Shown here piece after piece: positions 38,066-48,626 of a stretch of 64,000 bases of DNA (the stretch's first letter is position 1; the number at the start of each line of letters is the position of its first letter). The position numbers and the translations under genes were made by a program. The notes beneath the pieces were generated by a model. The model did not search any database and had not been told where the DNA came from. It was given only the letters and a program-made list of their open reading frames with translations. This DNA comes from Alphaproteobacteria bacterium (GTDB taxonomy: Bacteria > Patescibacteriota > Minisyncoccia > Phycocordibacterales > JABAAK01): positions 104,663 through 168,662 of the forward strand of contig JASGCN010000001.1 in the NCBI GenBank assembly GCA_030054135.1, given 5' to 3'.

Positions 38066-39068
38066 TACTAAACAAGTAGACAAAGAACAACAAAAATCAA
38101 TCAGCAACGCACTTTCTGCAATAAAAAATAAATTCGGAGAAGACGCAATTGTGTTAATGGGAGAAAAACCAAAAACACACATCGAGAGTATTCCTACCGG
38201 TTCTCTCGGACTCGATCATGCTTTAGGTATCGGCGGACTTCCAAAAGGTCGTATCATAGAAATCTTTGGCCCCGAATCATCAGGGAAAACGACCCTTGCG
38301 CTTTCTGTTATTGCTCAAGCACAGAAAAAAGGATTAGTGTGTGCGTTTATTGATGCAGAACATGCGCTCGACCCAGAATACGCAGAACGATTAGGAGTAA
38401 CAATAAACGATCTTCTCGTATCACAACCAAGTTCTGGAGAACAGGCTCTCGAAATAGCAGACTCACTTACTCGTTCAAGTTCTGTGGGAGTGATCGTTAT
38501 AGATTCAGTTGCTGCACTCACTCCACAAAAAGAAATAGAAGGAGATATGGGGGATAATCACATTGGCCTGCAAGCTCGTCTTATGAGCCAAGCACTTCGC
38601 AAATTAACAAGTATTGTTTCAAAATCAAACACTATTATTATTTTTATAAACCAAATTCGTATGCAAATAGGAATGATGTTTGGTAATCCAGAAACAACCC
38701 CAGGAGGAAAGGCGCTCAAATTCTATGCGTCTGTTCGTCTTGATGTTCGCCGTATCGCACAAATAAAAAAAGGTGAAGAAGTAATGGGAGGACGCGTACG
38801 AGTAAAAGTAGTAAAAAACAAAGTAGGAGCACCATTTAGACAAGCTGAGTTTGATCTTATGTATAACGAAGGAATCACAAAAGAAGGAGAATTATTAGCA
38901 CTCGGAGAAAAATATGGACTTATTGAAAAAAGCACAGGAGGATCATACACCATGGGGGAGGAAAAAATGGGGCGAGGATATGATGCAGCGCGTACATTTT
39001 TAAAAGAAAACAAACCAATTGCAACTAAACTCGAAAAAGATATTCGCGAAAAACTTATTGCAGAATAA
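38037..39068 (+). CDS. recA: recombinase RecA
   Basis: [32 protein letters not shown] Walker [10 protein letters not shown] Walker B, L1/L2 loops; start at ATG 38037 (ORF-track start is a TTG further upstream). Confidence 0.9.
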   Translation: MIQKKTKKDNTKQVDKEQQKSISNALSAIKNKFGEDAIVLMGEKPKTHIESIPTGSLGLDHALGIGGLPKGRIIEIFGPESSGKTTLALSVIAQAQKKGLVCAFIDAEHALDPEYAERLGVTINDLLVSQPSSGEQALEIADSLTRSSSVGVIVIDSVAALTPQKEIEGDMGDNHIGLQARLMSQALRKLTSIVSKSNTIIIFINQIRMQIGMMFGNPETTPGGKALKFYASVRLDVRRIAQIKKGEEVMGGRVRVKVVKNKVGAPFRQAEFDLMYNEGITKEGELLALGEKYGLIEKSTGGSYTMGEEKMGRGYDAARTFLKENKPIATKLEKDIREKLIAE

Positions 39069-39095
39069 GTTTTCATAGTGTAGTATTTTTCTATT

Positions 39096-39665
39096 ATGGC
39101 AACACTCACATATGATGAAATTCGCCCAGGAAGAGTGGTAAAACACGACGGCAAACTGTTTGAAGTAGTTGATTCACACATTGCACGAACACAACAGCGT
39201 AAACCTCAAAATCAGGTAAAAATGAAAAATATTCTTACTGGGCAAACAGTACAAAAGGCGTACCACGCTTCAGAAACTGCCGAAGAAGTAGAAATGGAGA
39301 AAAATAATTTAGAGTTCATTTTTCAACGCAATAGCGAAGTATGGTTTAATCCAGAAGGAACGAAAAATAGATTTTCTGTCTCATTAGACAGAGTACGAGG
39401 TGTTGAGTTTTTAAAATCAGGAACTATTGTTACAGGAGTCTACGCAGAAGAAACATTAGTGTACACATACCCACCTATAAAAGTAGACTTACAAGTTACA
39501 GAAGCCCCCCCTGCAATAAAAGGGAACACTGCACAAGGAGGAAACAAAAAAGTAACTTTAGAAACTGGAGCTGTGATTGACACACCACTATTTATTCAAC
39601 AAGGAGACGTTGTGCGTGTAAACACAGAACTCAAAACCTATGTTGAGCGTGTAACGAAGGCCTAG
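39096..39665 (+). CDS. efp: elongation factor P
   Basis: MATLTYDEIRPGRVVKHDGKLFEVVDSHIARTQQRKPQ..VKMKNILTG KOW-like N-domain; 189 aa. Confidence 0.9.
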   Translation: MATLTYDEIRPGRVVKHDGKLFEVVDSHIARTQQRKPQNQVKMKNILTGQTVQKAYHASETAEEVEMEKNNLEFIFQRNSEVWFNPEGTKNRFSVSLDRVRGVEFLKSGTIVTGVYAEETLVYTYPPIKVDLQVTEAPPAIKGNTAQGGNKKVTLETGAVIDTPLFIQQGDVVRVNTELKTYVERVTKA

Positions 39666-41953
39666 ATGTCATTTTCACTTTCAAGTATCTCACGAGGTTT
39701 ATTTCCTATCTGTTCACTTACTACTCCATTTTTTTCAAGAATATCAATAAGTCGTGCGGCGCGACCGTATCCGATAGCCAACTTGCGTTGCAGAAGAGAA
39801 GTAGACGCTTTCTTTGCTTGTATAACAATCAATCGAGCTTCGTCATACAATTCATCTTCTTCATTTGAGCTTTCTCCTTGAGAGCCCTCTTTGTTTTGTT
39901 TTTGTGTAAAATCAACTGTACTTAATGGCTCACCATTTTTTTCAATAATAAATGTGGCAACAGCTTTTACTTCATCTTCTGTTACAAAAGCACTTTGCGC
40001 GCGGACTGGTTTTTTGTGTTCCGCAGATAGATATAGCAGGTCTCCTCGCCCAGTAAGAGATTCAGCTCCAGGAGTATCAAGGATAGTTCGAGAATCAATT
40101 TGAGAAGCCACTTGAAGAGCTACACGAACAGGAATGTTAGCTTTTACTAGCCCCGTAATTACATTTACTGACGGTCGCTGTGTTGAAAGAATAAGATGAA
40201 TTCCTACCGCACGAGCTTTTTGTGCAATGCGTACAATTGCAGTTTCTATTTCTCGTGGATAGTTTTGCATCAAGTCAGCAAGCTCATCAATGACAACAAC
40301 TATATATGGAAGTTCATCAATAGTATCAAGAATAGTAATATCTTCTCCGGCCTCTTTCTTTATTTTTATTTTTTCTTGTTCTTTTCGTGCGTAATCATTG
40401 TATGAAATGATATCTCTCACTTTTGCTTTTTCAAGTAATTGATATCGTCTTTCCATTTCATTTACTCCCCACACAAGTGATTGGAGAGCTTTTTTAGGAT
40501 CAGTAACTGGATCTGCAAGTAAGTGGGGAATACCAGCATATAATGTAAGCTCTACTCGTTTTGGATCTATAAAAATAAAACGAAGTTGTTCTGATGTGTA
40601 TTTATACAAAAGAGAAAGAATTAAACTATGTAAAAGGACACTTTTTCCTGATCCGGTAGTACCTGCGACAAGCGCGTGGGGCATTTTTGCAAGTGAACGA
40701 GAAAACACCCCCCCAGTGATTGTTTTACCAAACGCAACCATCAAGGGTTCTTTTGATTCTTGAAATTCTGCTGAAGTAAGAAGTGTACGCAATCCAACGC
40801 TCGCACGAGTTGCGTTTGGTACTTCAATACCCACCAACGATTCTCCTGGAATAGGAGCTTCAATTCTAATTGGGCTTGCAGCAAGTGCTAGCTCAAGATT
40901 ATTTTGCAATCCTGTTATTTTATTCAAACGCACTCCTTCAGCGGGGCGAAGTGAGTATCTTGTAAAGGTAGGCCCCACAACAACATCTTCAACAGTTACT
41001 ATAATACGAAATGTTGCAAGAGTTCGTTTGATCGTTTCTCCATTTATCTTTGTGTTTGTTGCCACTCCTTTTCCTATTTCTTCTTGTAGTAAAGAAAGAG
41101 GAGGAAGATGAAAATCACCTACTCGTTTAGGAGTGCGAATATCTTGTGCCGACATAACAGGGGAATTCATTTTTTTTGCTTCATCGCGTTTTTCTTTTGC
41201 TTTCTCTCTTTCTCGCATTTTTTCTTTTTCATGTTCGTCATCAGTATCTCCATTGTCTTCATCATTAGATACCACTTCTTCTTTCTCGTTCAATTCTTCA
41301 TGTCCATCTTCAACCATCATAGATGAACTTTCAGCGGGCGCGTACATGCCCCCTTCAATATCTTCAAAGCTGTGTTTTCTATGTTCAGCATGTTGTGTTC
41401 TCACTCGAGCGTAGTATTCATTAATAGTACGAGTCCACCATTCATATGCAAACAAATATACTTTGCGTGCATCAAGCAACACAAGCACCATACCAAGTAT
41501 CCACACTGCAAGAATTGCAAACGCAGAAAATTCTTCTAAATGTGAATATATAAAAAACGCACTTTTGTCCCCATACACACCTCCCACAAAATCCCCAAAA
41601 CTCACACTTAAAAAAGGAGAGGTTGTTATTGCCAAAAGAATATATCCTGTGTAAAAACGAAATGCACTTTCAAATTCTTTTCGGAATAATACTTTATATC
41701 CAAACAAGGCAAGAAAAGGTACCAAAATTAAATATGCATATCCTACTGCATCCATGCTCCATATACGCAATGCCTCACCTGTGGGGCCTGCAAATCCAAT
41801 CCACATAGTAAGAACAAGTACAGAAATAAATATAGATACAAATCCAATCAACACTTCCCACGCTCGTGCTGGTATGTTTTCAAATATTGTTCTAAAAAGA
41901 CCCTGTTCTTCTTTTTGTACGCGTGAGCGTTTCGATGTGTTTTCTTTCCCCAT
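39662..41953 (-). CDS. ftsK: DNA translocase FtsK/SpoIIIE
   Basis: N-terminal 4 TM helices, acidic linker, motor domain with GTTGSGKSVLLHSLILSL Walker A and VVVIDELADLM Walker B, C-terminal gamma winged-helix. Confidence 0.9.
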   Translation of the reverse strand: MGKENTSKRSRVQKEEQGLFRTIFENIPARAWEVLIGFVSIFISVLVLTMWIGFAGPTGEALRIWSMDAVGYAYLILVPFLALFGYKVLFRKEFESAFRFYTGYILLAITTSPFLSVSFGDFVGGVYGDKSAFFIYSHLEEFSAFAILAVWILGMVLVLLDARKVYLFAYEWWTRTINEYYARVRTQHAEHRKHSFEDIEGGMYAPAESSSMMVEDGHEELNEKEEVVSNDEDNGDTDDEHEKEKMREREKAKEKRDEAKKMNSPVMSAQDIRTPKRVGDFHLPPLSLLQEEIGKGVATNTKINGETIKRTLATFRIIVTVEDVVVGPTFTRYSLRPAEGVRLNKITGLQNNLELALAASPIRIEAPIPGESLVGIEVPNATRASVGLRTLLTSAEFQESKEPLMVAFGKTITGGVFSRSLAKMPHALVAGTTGSGKSVLLHSLILSLLYKYTSEQLRFIFIDPKRVELTLYAGIPHLLADPVTDPKKALQSLVWGVNEMERRYQLLEKAKVRDIISYNDYARKEQEKIKIKKEAGEDITILDTIDELPYIVVVIDELADLMQNYPREIETAIVRIAQKARAVGIHLILSTQRPSVNVITGLVKANIPVRVALQVASQIDSRTILDTPGAESLTGRGDLLYLSAEHKKPVRAQSAFVTEDEVKAVATFIIEKNGEPLSTVDFTQKQNKEGSQGESSNEEDELYDEARLIVIQAKKASTSLLQRKLAIGYGRAARLIDILEKNGVVSEQIGNKPREILESENDI

Positions 41954-42148
41954 ATACTCTTTATTGTACAGTGAATTATAGAGGTAAAAACAAATTGTAA
42001 ATACATTTTGTATATAGCTATAGACACGAAGAGTATATACAAAAAATAGGTTTTCTCAAAAAAAATACAAACAATATATACAACCAACCCACTGAAAACG
42101 CACAATACAATGATGCATATTGTGTTTTCCACAAACACAACTCATCTA

Positions 42149-42178
42149 TTGCGCACATTTACACAATCACGCTATAAT
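42149..42178 (+). promoter_or_regulatory. candidate sigma70-type promoter (TTGCGC-18-TATAAT) for the large surface-protein gene
   Basis: Hexamers read directly in the 375-bp divergent intergenic region; would give a ~150-nt 5' UTR. Confidence 0.3.
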
Positions 42179-42326
42179 AAAGTAACGTAAGGGGACGGTA
42201 TAAAAAGACGTGTTTGTTTTTTTGTCTATCAACCTGCGTTAAATTAATTACTTACCCGTTCTATGTTCTGAAATGTGAATAACATTGAAGCACAAAAAAA
42301 CGGAATAAAAATTTTCACAATCGATT

Positions 42327-45300
42327 ATGAATATTACGACAAACAAAATAAGGGTTTTCGCACTTGTTGCGATTGCTGCTGCGACTGTGTTTGTAGGTTC
42401 AGTTTCTGCTCAATCAATTGCAGAACTTGAAGCACAAATAAAAGCACTTCAATCACAATTAGGAGGTTCAAGTACTACTACATCAGTAGTTGGTTCTTTC
42501 AACTTCGCGCGTAACTTAACAGTAGGATCTGTAGGCGAAGACGTTCGTCAATTACAAGTTCTACTTAATAGTAACCCTGCAACACAAGTTGCATCTTCAG
42601 GGGCAGGTTCGCCAGGTAACGAGGGAACTCGTTTCGGTCCTGCAACAAGAGCAGCTGTGCAAAAGTTCCAAAGACTCTATGGTATTTCTGCCACAGGTTC
42701 TTTTGGACCTCAAACTCGCGCTAAAGCGAACAGCCTCGGAGGAGTGGCTACAACAACACCTCCAACAAATAACAATATCGTTACTCCAATAGTAACTTCA
42801 GGAGACCTTACAGTGTCTGCAGGGAGACAACCTGCTGACGGATACGCTATTAAAGGAGCACAAAGAGTTCCTTACACAACTTTCAACGTAACAGCTGGAA
42901 GAAATTCAGTAACTGTTAACAGTATCGTGGTTGAAAAATCAGGTCTATCATCAATTGATAACTTTGATTCAGTTTCAATCGTTGATGCTCAAGGTTCACA
43001 AGTTGGTAACTCAACTACATTCAACTCAACTGGTGTTGCAACAGTGAGCGCTCGTTTCACAGTAGGGGCTGGTCAAACCATTCCTCTTACTGTTGTTGCA
43101 AGTGTAAATAAATGTAGATCAGCTTCAGATACAGGATGTTCAGCAACATCAACACTTCTTACAACAGGAGCAGTAGCTGGATTAAAAGTAACTGGAGTTA
43201 ATACTTCAGGTGGAAGAGTGCTTGCGAATGTATCTGGTGCAAACCATGTATTTAGCGACGCTGTAGCATTGGGATCAATCGTTGTTAATTCAACAGATCG
43301 TACTGTTGGGAACAAAGACACTTCTGAAATAGCAGAACTCGGAGTTCGCAAACAATTAAGTGCCTTCACAATTAGATCTGTATCTTCAACTGACGCAAGT
43401 AACAACGAAGGAGCGACTGTTCGTTCAATCACTTTCGTACAAGCTGGGTCAGCTGATGCATCTGAAATTCAAAACTTAAAAGTTAGAATTGATGGAGTAG
43501 ACTATACTCCTTCAGTGAACGGAGACAGAATCACAGTATCTACTCCACAAGGAATAGCTATTGAAAAAAATAGAACTATCAATGTTGATGTATTTGGATC
43601 AGTAAATGTTTCAAACAGAACTGTTCAATTAACTGTCGATGATGCATCTGATGTATACATCGTTGGGTCAACATACGGATATGGTCTTCCAGTAACTCTT
43701 CAACAAAGTAATAGTGTAGTTACTCGTTCATATTCTCAAAAATATGACATCAGAGGAGCTAAAATTTCTTCAGGATCTGCTCTTTATTTGTCATCAGATG
43801 ATAAAAAGCCAGTTCTTGGGCCAAATCAAATAATTGGTGCGGGAGAAAAATTTGTTATCGCGGGTGAATCAATTTCATTCAAAGGAACAACTATTACTCT
43901 TGCAGTTAATCCTGCTGCGTCATCAAGCAAATGTCCTACAGATGGAGATTTCCGTCTTTCAAACATTCGTTTGGTAACTAGTAAAAATGGAAATACAGTA
44001 GACACTGCTAATGATATTATCATTAGATGTACTCTTTCTGGAAGTCCACAAGTTGCATCATATGCACTTTCAGTAAACTCAACTGTTAGTGGTACTCTTA
44101 CTAGCGCAACAGGAGCTGGTAGCATTGCGGTAAACTTCAAAAATGCTTTTGAATTAGACCCAGGTGAGTATGGATGGTTCGTATATGCAGATATTGAACA
44201 AGATTGGAACAATGGAGCAACAATTTCATTGTCTGCTATGTCTTCTTGGACAAAAGCTCAAGGAACAGTATCTCGTACAGATTACGGATCTGAATCAAGA
44301 TTCAGAACTGTTGCTTCAAATGGACAATTTGAAATTCAAGGAAATGTAGTTAAATTTGCTCTTACTGATAACGGAGTAGATACAACTTCTTTCGTGAAAG
44401 GTCAAGACAACATTACTTTCGGTTCTATCTCAATTGATGCTTCTAAAGCTCAAAAAGATGTAACCTTAAGAAATTTGAACTTGAAAGTGACAGCAACATC
44501 TTCATCTACTTTAAACGGGTTAGACAACTGTCGTATAGTGGATGGAACTCAAACTGTTGGGTCTCTTAGCAGCGATCCAGTAGGAGGTGCGGCTTCGTCA
44601 ACAGATTTGAGATTTGAATTTAACGATTATATCATTCCTGCAAAATCTGCAGTAAAATATTATCCTATTAGATGTCGTTTCTCAAATGATTCAGCAGAAT
44701 CAGGAACAGGAACATACACATTCTCAGTACTTGGTAATAATGTTACTTACAAAGTAGGAAGCGATCAATATGATGATGCTCTTACCGCAAGAACAGGAAG
44801 ACCAATTTCAGTGGTAACAGGTGGTACATTCAAAAACCAAATTGTATCACGAGCGGTATCTGGAGTTGATGCGCGTGCTGTGGGAGTAGGAAGATCTTCA
44901 ACAGAAGAATACTATCCAACTCAAAAAGTACGATTCACAGCTGACAGAGAATCTCTTAACATTAGAAGAATCTTAGTTAAAGTAACTTCTGACAGTGCAT
45001 CTGCAACAGCAGATACATCTGCTATTGCTTCAATAAGAATATCTGATGGTTCAAACACAACTGTGAAAGAAGCTTCAGATACTTCAGCACTTGGAACATT
45101 TGCCTTTGACTCAAGTCTTGGTACAGTGGAAGCAGGTCAATCAAAAGAATATACTGTTTCAGTAAGATTCAATGGTACTGCGCTTACTTCTACTGCTAAA
45201 AGCACTGTGTACGCTAAAATAACTACTATCGAAGCTGACGGTTCTGTTTCTGGAGTAATTCCTTCATTAACAGTTGCTGCTGCTTCTGATTCAACTGGGT

Positions 45301-45833
45301 ATGTTGTGTACAGAAATGCTCCTACTGTAACTGTTACTTCACGAAATGTGAATGCATACGGATCAACTGGATCTGTTGTAAACTCAGTAACTATAGCAGC
45401 ACCAGCTTCAAAAGGTGACTTGAGAATTGGAAAAATTTCATTCCAAGTTTCTAACGTTCCTTCAACTGGAGTAACTCTTAGAAATGCTGAATTGAAAGTA
45501 GGATCTACTACTCTTGCATCACAAGCTACCGTTACTCCTTCATCTGGATCTGCAACTCTTACCTTTGATATTTCATTGAAAGATGAAGCTATTATTACTG
45601 CAGGAAGCTCAAAAACCTTTGATCTAGCTCTTGATGTTGCAACAACAGGATCAATCACAGGTAATTCAAGCTTCTCTACTCAATTCTTGAAAGATGCATT
45701 AGCAGATACAAACTTCGCGTTTGATGCTGATGCAACTGATGGAGGAATTAGTACATACACTGCAGAAGGTAATGCATACGGATTAGTAGGTCTTGATGAC
45801 ACAGTTCCTTCTTGGTCAATCAGAAACTACTAA
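42327..45833 (+). CDS. large secreted cell-surface protein with peptidoglycan-binding domain (S-layer / major surface protein candidate)
   Basis: Signal peptide MNITTNKIRVFALVAIAAATVFVGSVSA, PG_binding_1-like segment (GSVGEDVRQLQVLLN...GTRFGPATRAAVQKFQRLYGISATGSFGPQTRA), then ~1000 aa Ser/Thr/Val/Gly/Ala-rich beta-rich repeats with paired Cys; GC-richer codon usage than neighbours. Confidence 0.7.
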   Translation: MNITTNKIRVFALVAIAAATVFVGSVSAQSIAELEAQIKALQSQLGGSSTTTSVVGSFNFARNLTVGSVGEDVRQLQVLLNSNPATQVASSGAGSPGNEGTRFGPATRAAVQKFQRLYGISATGSFGPQTRAKANSLGGVATTTPPTNNNIVTPIVTSGDLTVSAGRQPADGYAIKGAQRVPYTTFNVTAGRNSVTVNSIVVEKSGLSSIDNFDSVSIVDAQGSQVGNSTTFNSTGVATVSARFTVGAGQTIPLTVVASVNKCRSASDTGCSATSTLLTTGAVAGLKVTGVNTSGGRVLANVSGANHVFSDAVALGSIVVNSTDRTVGNKDTSEIAELGVRKQLSAFTIRSVSSTDASNNEGATVRSITFVQAGSADASEIQNLKVRIDGVDYTPSVNGDRITVSTPQGIAIEKNRTINVDVFGSVNVSNRTVQLTVDDASDVYIVGSTYGYGLPVTLQQSNSVVTRSYSQKYDIRGAKISSGSALYLSSDDKKPVLGPNQIIGAGEKFVIAGESISFKGTTITLAVNPAASSSKCPTDGDFRLSNIRLVTSKNGNTVDTANDIIIRCTLSGSPQVASYALSVNSTVSGTLTSATGAGSIAVNFKNAFELDPGEYGWFVYADIEQDWNNGATISLSAMSSWTKAQGTVSRTDYGSESRFRTVASNGQFEIQGNVVKFALTDNGVDTTSFVKGQDNITFGSISIDASKAQKDVTLRNLNLKVTATSSSTLNGLDNCRIVDGTQTVGSLSSDPVGGAASSTDLRFEFNDYIIPAKSAVKYYPIRCRFSNDSAESGTGTYTFSVLGNNVTYKVGSDQYDDALTARTGRPISVVTGGTFKNQIVSRAVSGVDARAVGVGRSSTEEYYPTQKVRFTADRESLNIRRILVKVTSDSASATADTSAIASIRISDGSNTTVKEASDTSALGTFAFDSSLGTVEAGQSKEYTVSVRFNGTALTSTAKSTVYAKITTIEADGSVSGVIPSLTVAAASDSTGYVVYRNAPTVTVTSRNVNAYGSTGSVVNSVTIAAPASKGDLRIGKISFQVSNVPSTGVTLRNAELKVGSTTLASQATVTPSSGSATLTFDISLKDEAIITAGSSKTFDLALDVATTGSITGNSSFSTQFLKDALADTNFAFDADATDGGISTYTAEGNAYGLVGLDDTVPSWSIRNY

Positions 45834-45894
45834 TTATTCTTAATCACAATACACATTAATACACAGTCTGTATTGCTAAACGAATAACAAAAAG

Positions 45895-45922
45895 ACCTCC
45901 CGCGCAAGCGGGAGGTTTTTTG
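45895..45922 (+). terminator. Rho-independent terminator (acctcccgc-GCAA-gcgggaggt + T6)
   Basis: 9-bp GC-rich perfect stem, GNRA-like tetraloop, followed by ttttttgttg, 60 nt after stop of surface-protein gene. Confidence 0.85.
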
Positions 45923-45940
45923 TTGTCTAAAAAATAAGAG

Positions 45941-46093
45941 TTGCATTCAATATTCGTATGGAGTATTCTACAGAGGTAGTTCCAAAGACAGTAGGAGAGT
46001 GAAGCTCTTAAATAGTCCTACCGAGGTTTATTCTTTTCTAGTAATAGAAAAACTTTTTGGCTACAGGATAGTATTATATTAATTACACACAGT
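45941..46093 (+). promoter_or_regulatory. candidate promoter (TTGCAT-17-TATTCT at 45941..45969) plus ~125-nt structured 5' leader of rplJ (possible L10 autoregulatory leader)
   Basis: Hexamers read directly; long untranslated leader before rplJ as in L10(L12)4-regulated operons; no specific leader motif verified. Confidence 0.35.
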
Positions 46094-46585
46094 ATGGCAA
46101 TTACTAAACAAAAAAAAGAAGCAATTGTTGCAAGAGTAAAAAAAGCAATTCAACATGCAAATACCATCGTGTTTGTATCATTTGACAAAATAACTGCAAA
46201 TGAAGCAAATGCTATGCGTGATACATTTTTTGATTCTGGAGTTGAATATATTGTTGCAAAAAAAACACTCATCGCGAAAGCGTTTGAAGGTTCATCATTT
46301 TCAGGAGAGTTTCCAACACTTCCAGGAGAAGTGGCACTCGCGTGTGGAAAAGATATGCTCGCTCCTGCACAGCTCATAGCTTCTTCAGCTAAAGAACTAA
46401 AAAACAATCGTCTTGTGATTGTTGGGGGGATTTTTGAAGGAGCATTTGTGCCAAAAGAAAAAATGATAGCAATTGGAAATATTCCAGCTCTTAAAACGCT
46501 ACATACACAATTTGTATCTATGCTTAACTCACCACTGCAAGGGTTCGTTTCTGTCTTGCATCAAGTGGCAACAAAAAAACAATAA
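46094..46585 (+). CDS. rplJ: 50S ribosomal protein L10
   Basis: [43 protein letters not shown]; followed by rplL. Confidence 0.85.
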   Translation: MAITKQKKEAIVARVKKAIQHANTIVFVSFDKITANEANAMRDTFFDSGVEYIVAKKTLIAKAFEGSSFSGEFPTLPGEVALACGKDMLAPAQLIASSAKELKNNRLVIVGGIFEGAFVPKEKMIAIGNIPALKTLHTQFVSMLNSPLQGFVSVLHQVATKKQ

Positions 46586-46617
46586 GAAACACAATTATCT
46601 ATTTACACAACATTATT

Positions 46618-46995
46618 ATGGAAATACCACAAAAATTTAAATCAATCGTTGATTCAATCGACGCATTGAGCGTGCTTGATTTACACGAATTAGTAAAAGT
46701 ATTTGAAGAAAAATACGGAGTGTCTGCGGCTGCTATGGCAGTAGCAGGGGCTGGAGCAGGTGCAGCCGCTGCGGAAGATACAGGCGGTCTTGTAACAATT
46801 ACACTTGACGATGCTGGTGCTCAAAAAATACAAGTAATCAAGGTAGTGAAAGATATCCTTGGTCTTGGATTAGGAGAAGCAAAAGCGCTCGTTGATGGTG
46901 CACCAAAAGTACTCAAAGAGGGAATCTCGAAAGATGATGCAGCAAAAATCAAGAAAGATCTTGAAGCTGCAGGAGCTAAAGTTTCTGTAAAATAA
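46618..46995 (+). CDS. rplL: 50S ribosomal protein L7/L12
   Basis: Ala-rich hinge [13 protein letters not shown] then C-terminal domain [62 protein letters not shown]. Confidence 0.9.
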   Translation: MEIPQKFKSIVDSIDALSVLDLHELVKVFEEKYGVSAAAMAVAGAGAGAAAAEDTGGLVTITLDDAGAQKIQVIKVVKDILGLGLGEAKALVDGAPKVLKEGISKDDAAKIKKDLEAAGAKVSVK

Positions 46996-47007
46996 GAAAT
47001 TAAGCCA

Positions 47008-47054
47008 CACAGCAAACACGCGCACGAGTTTTTCTTGTGCGCGTGTTTGCTGTG
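47008..47054 (+). terminator. 18-bp perfect inverted repeat hairpin (cacagcaaacacgcgcac / gtgcgcgtgtttgctgtg, 11-nt loop), probable terminator after rplL
   Basis: Perfect 18-bp stem read directly; downstream U-tract is weak (taaaaaatatttt). Confidence 0.5.
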
Positions 47055-47095
47055 TAAAAAATATTTTCGTCAATCATTGGTGTTATACTATTGGT

Positions 47096-47671
47096 ATGAG
47101 TGATATTGAGATGCCTTCATTTAAAGAATCTTTTGATATATCCACAGTGTATGCGTGGGGCAAGCGTGTATCCGTGCTTCTCGTACTTCTGTCTTTTATT
47201 GGAGGAATCGCATTTTCTATTATATATAAAGTACAGGTTTCGAGTATCAATCGGTCGGTGAACCAAATTGCAGAAGGACTTGATATTCCACTTATTGATA
47301 GCATCATAGGTATAGACAGAGAGACAAAAATTATCACCGAAGCATTTACTGGAAGAGATAGTTACCCAATACTCATACGCACACTTGCAAAGTATCTTGC
47401 GAGCAATGTCTCAATTTCAGAGGCCACTATTTCAGGAGATGTAAAAACCAACTATACCCTCAAGGCAACATTTATTGCAGATACCCCATATGCGTATGCA
47501 GAACAAATTGATATTTTTACTCAAGCACATGAAAATAAAGAACCATTCGCAAGTGGAAGTATTGCCCAAGTAAAACTAACCCCCACTCTTGCACCAGAAG
47601 GAGTTGAATTTGTCTATACACTTCAAAATATCACCGCTGAAGATATTGCAAGTATGCGGAGCACTACATAA
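47096..47671 (+). CDS. hypothetical membrane protein, possibly PilN-like pilus assembly component
   Basis: Short cytoplasmic N-terminus, one TM helix, periplasmic domain; first gene of pilus cluster. Confidence 0.4.
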   Translation: MSDIEMPSFKESFDISTVYAWGKRVSVLLVLLSFIGGIAFSIIYKVQVSSINRSVNQIAEGLDIPLIDSIIGIDRETKIITEAFTGRDSYPILIRTLAKYLASNVSISEATISGDVKTNYTLKATFIADTPYAYAEQIDIFTQAHENKEPFASGSIAQVKLTPTLAPEGVEFVYTLQNITAEDIASMRSTT

Positions 47672-47673
47672 TT

Positions 47674-48219
47674 ATGAGTAATTTTATTTCCAGTATATTT
47701 ATATGTATTATTATCGCGGGGGGGTACTATTTTCTTTCAGGCCCTGTTGTAGTTATTGCAAAAGAATACCATGCACAATACGCAAGTGTTCAAAAAATTC
47801 TTGCCAATCTAGATGCTGTAGTAAAAAAACGAGATGAACTAAAAACAAAACTTTCCACATTTAATCCAGAAGATTTAGAACAAGCAAGACAATCTGTCCC
47901 CGTATACACACCTCAAACAGAAGCTCAACTCTATATTCAAATAAAAGAATTAGCGCAAGACATTGGATTTAATAAACAAGCAGTAATTACATATGGAGAT
48001 GCATTCGACACAGAAGACGGGTATATTGCACGAAAAGTAACTATCAAAACTCCTGTTACGTATGATCAACTCAATACATTTTTTGATGTAATGGCATCAT
48101 GGAACAGGGCAATTTTTAATGAAAGTGTAAAAATAACTTCATCTACTTCTGCGAATAATGCAATACCATTACAAATGGAATATGTGTTTAGAATTATTTT
48201 TGTAAAACCAACAGTATAA
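47674..48219 (+). CDS. hypothetical membrane protein, possibly PilO-like
   Basis: N-terminal TM helix, coiled coil, then globular domain; context in pilus locus. Confidence 0.4.
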   Translation: MSNFISSIFICIIIAGGYYFLSGPVVVIAKEYHAQYASVQKILANLDAVVKKRDELKTKLSTFNPEDLEQARQSVPVYTPQTEAQLYIQIKELAQDIGFNKQAVITYGDAFDTEDGYIARKVTIKTPVTYDQLNTFFDVMASWNRAIFNESVKITSSTSANNAIPLQMEYVFRIIFVKPTV

Positions 48220-48226
48220 TATCTAT

Positions 48227-48571
48227 ATGTCTGAATCAATTGAAAAATATCTGAGAAGTTTTTTTTTCATTGCTGTTGTTTTTGGTATATGGTGGTATGT
48301 GTATAAAAATGCGCGCACCACATTGCCGATATTTGCAAATGTTTTTACAGTACAATCAAATGCCAATGTTGGAGTGTTAAGTATTGTGTCTAAATATGGG
48401 GCACTTCAAAATGTTACCTTTACAGGAGTAAGTGGAGATAGAGTTACTGATATTGCTTGGGATCAAAAGAAAAGATACGGATTTAAAAATGTTCAATACA
48501 AAGCAAAACAACCAATACAAAGGGGGAGAATAAACCCATTTTATCAAGCTCCTGTAGCGCCCGTTCAGTAA
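48227..48571 (+). CDS. hypothetical small membrane protein in pilus locus
   Basis: 114 aa, one TM helix; context only. Confidence 0.35.
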   Translation: MSESIEKYLRSFFFIAVVFGIWWYVYKNARTTLPIFANVFTVQSNANVGVLSIVSKYGALQNVTFTGVSGDRVTDIAWDQKKRYGFKNVQYKAKQPIQRGRINPFYQAPVAPVQ

Positions 48572-48626
48572 TAGCACAAGTTGAACAAAAATAACAAAAC
48601 AGTTACAATAGTGATAACAAAAAATT

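Noticed and set aside
43073-45658. Minus-strand ORFs (119, 128, 173 aa) inside the large surface-protein gene
   Set aside because: Antisense shadow ORFs common in GC-richer, repeat-rich coding sequence. The plus-strand 1168-aa ORF with signal peptide and PG-binding domain explains the region.
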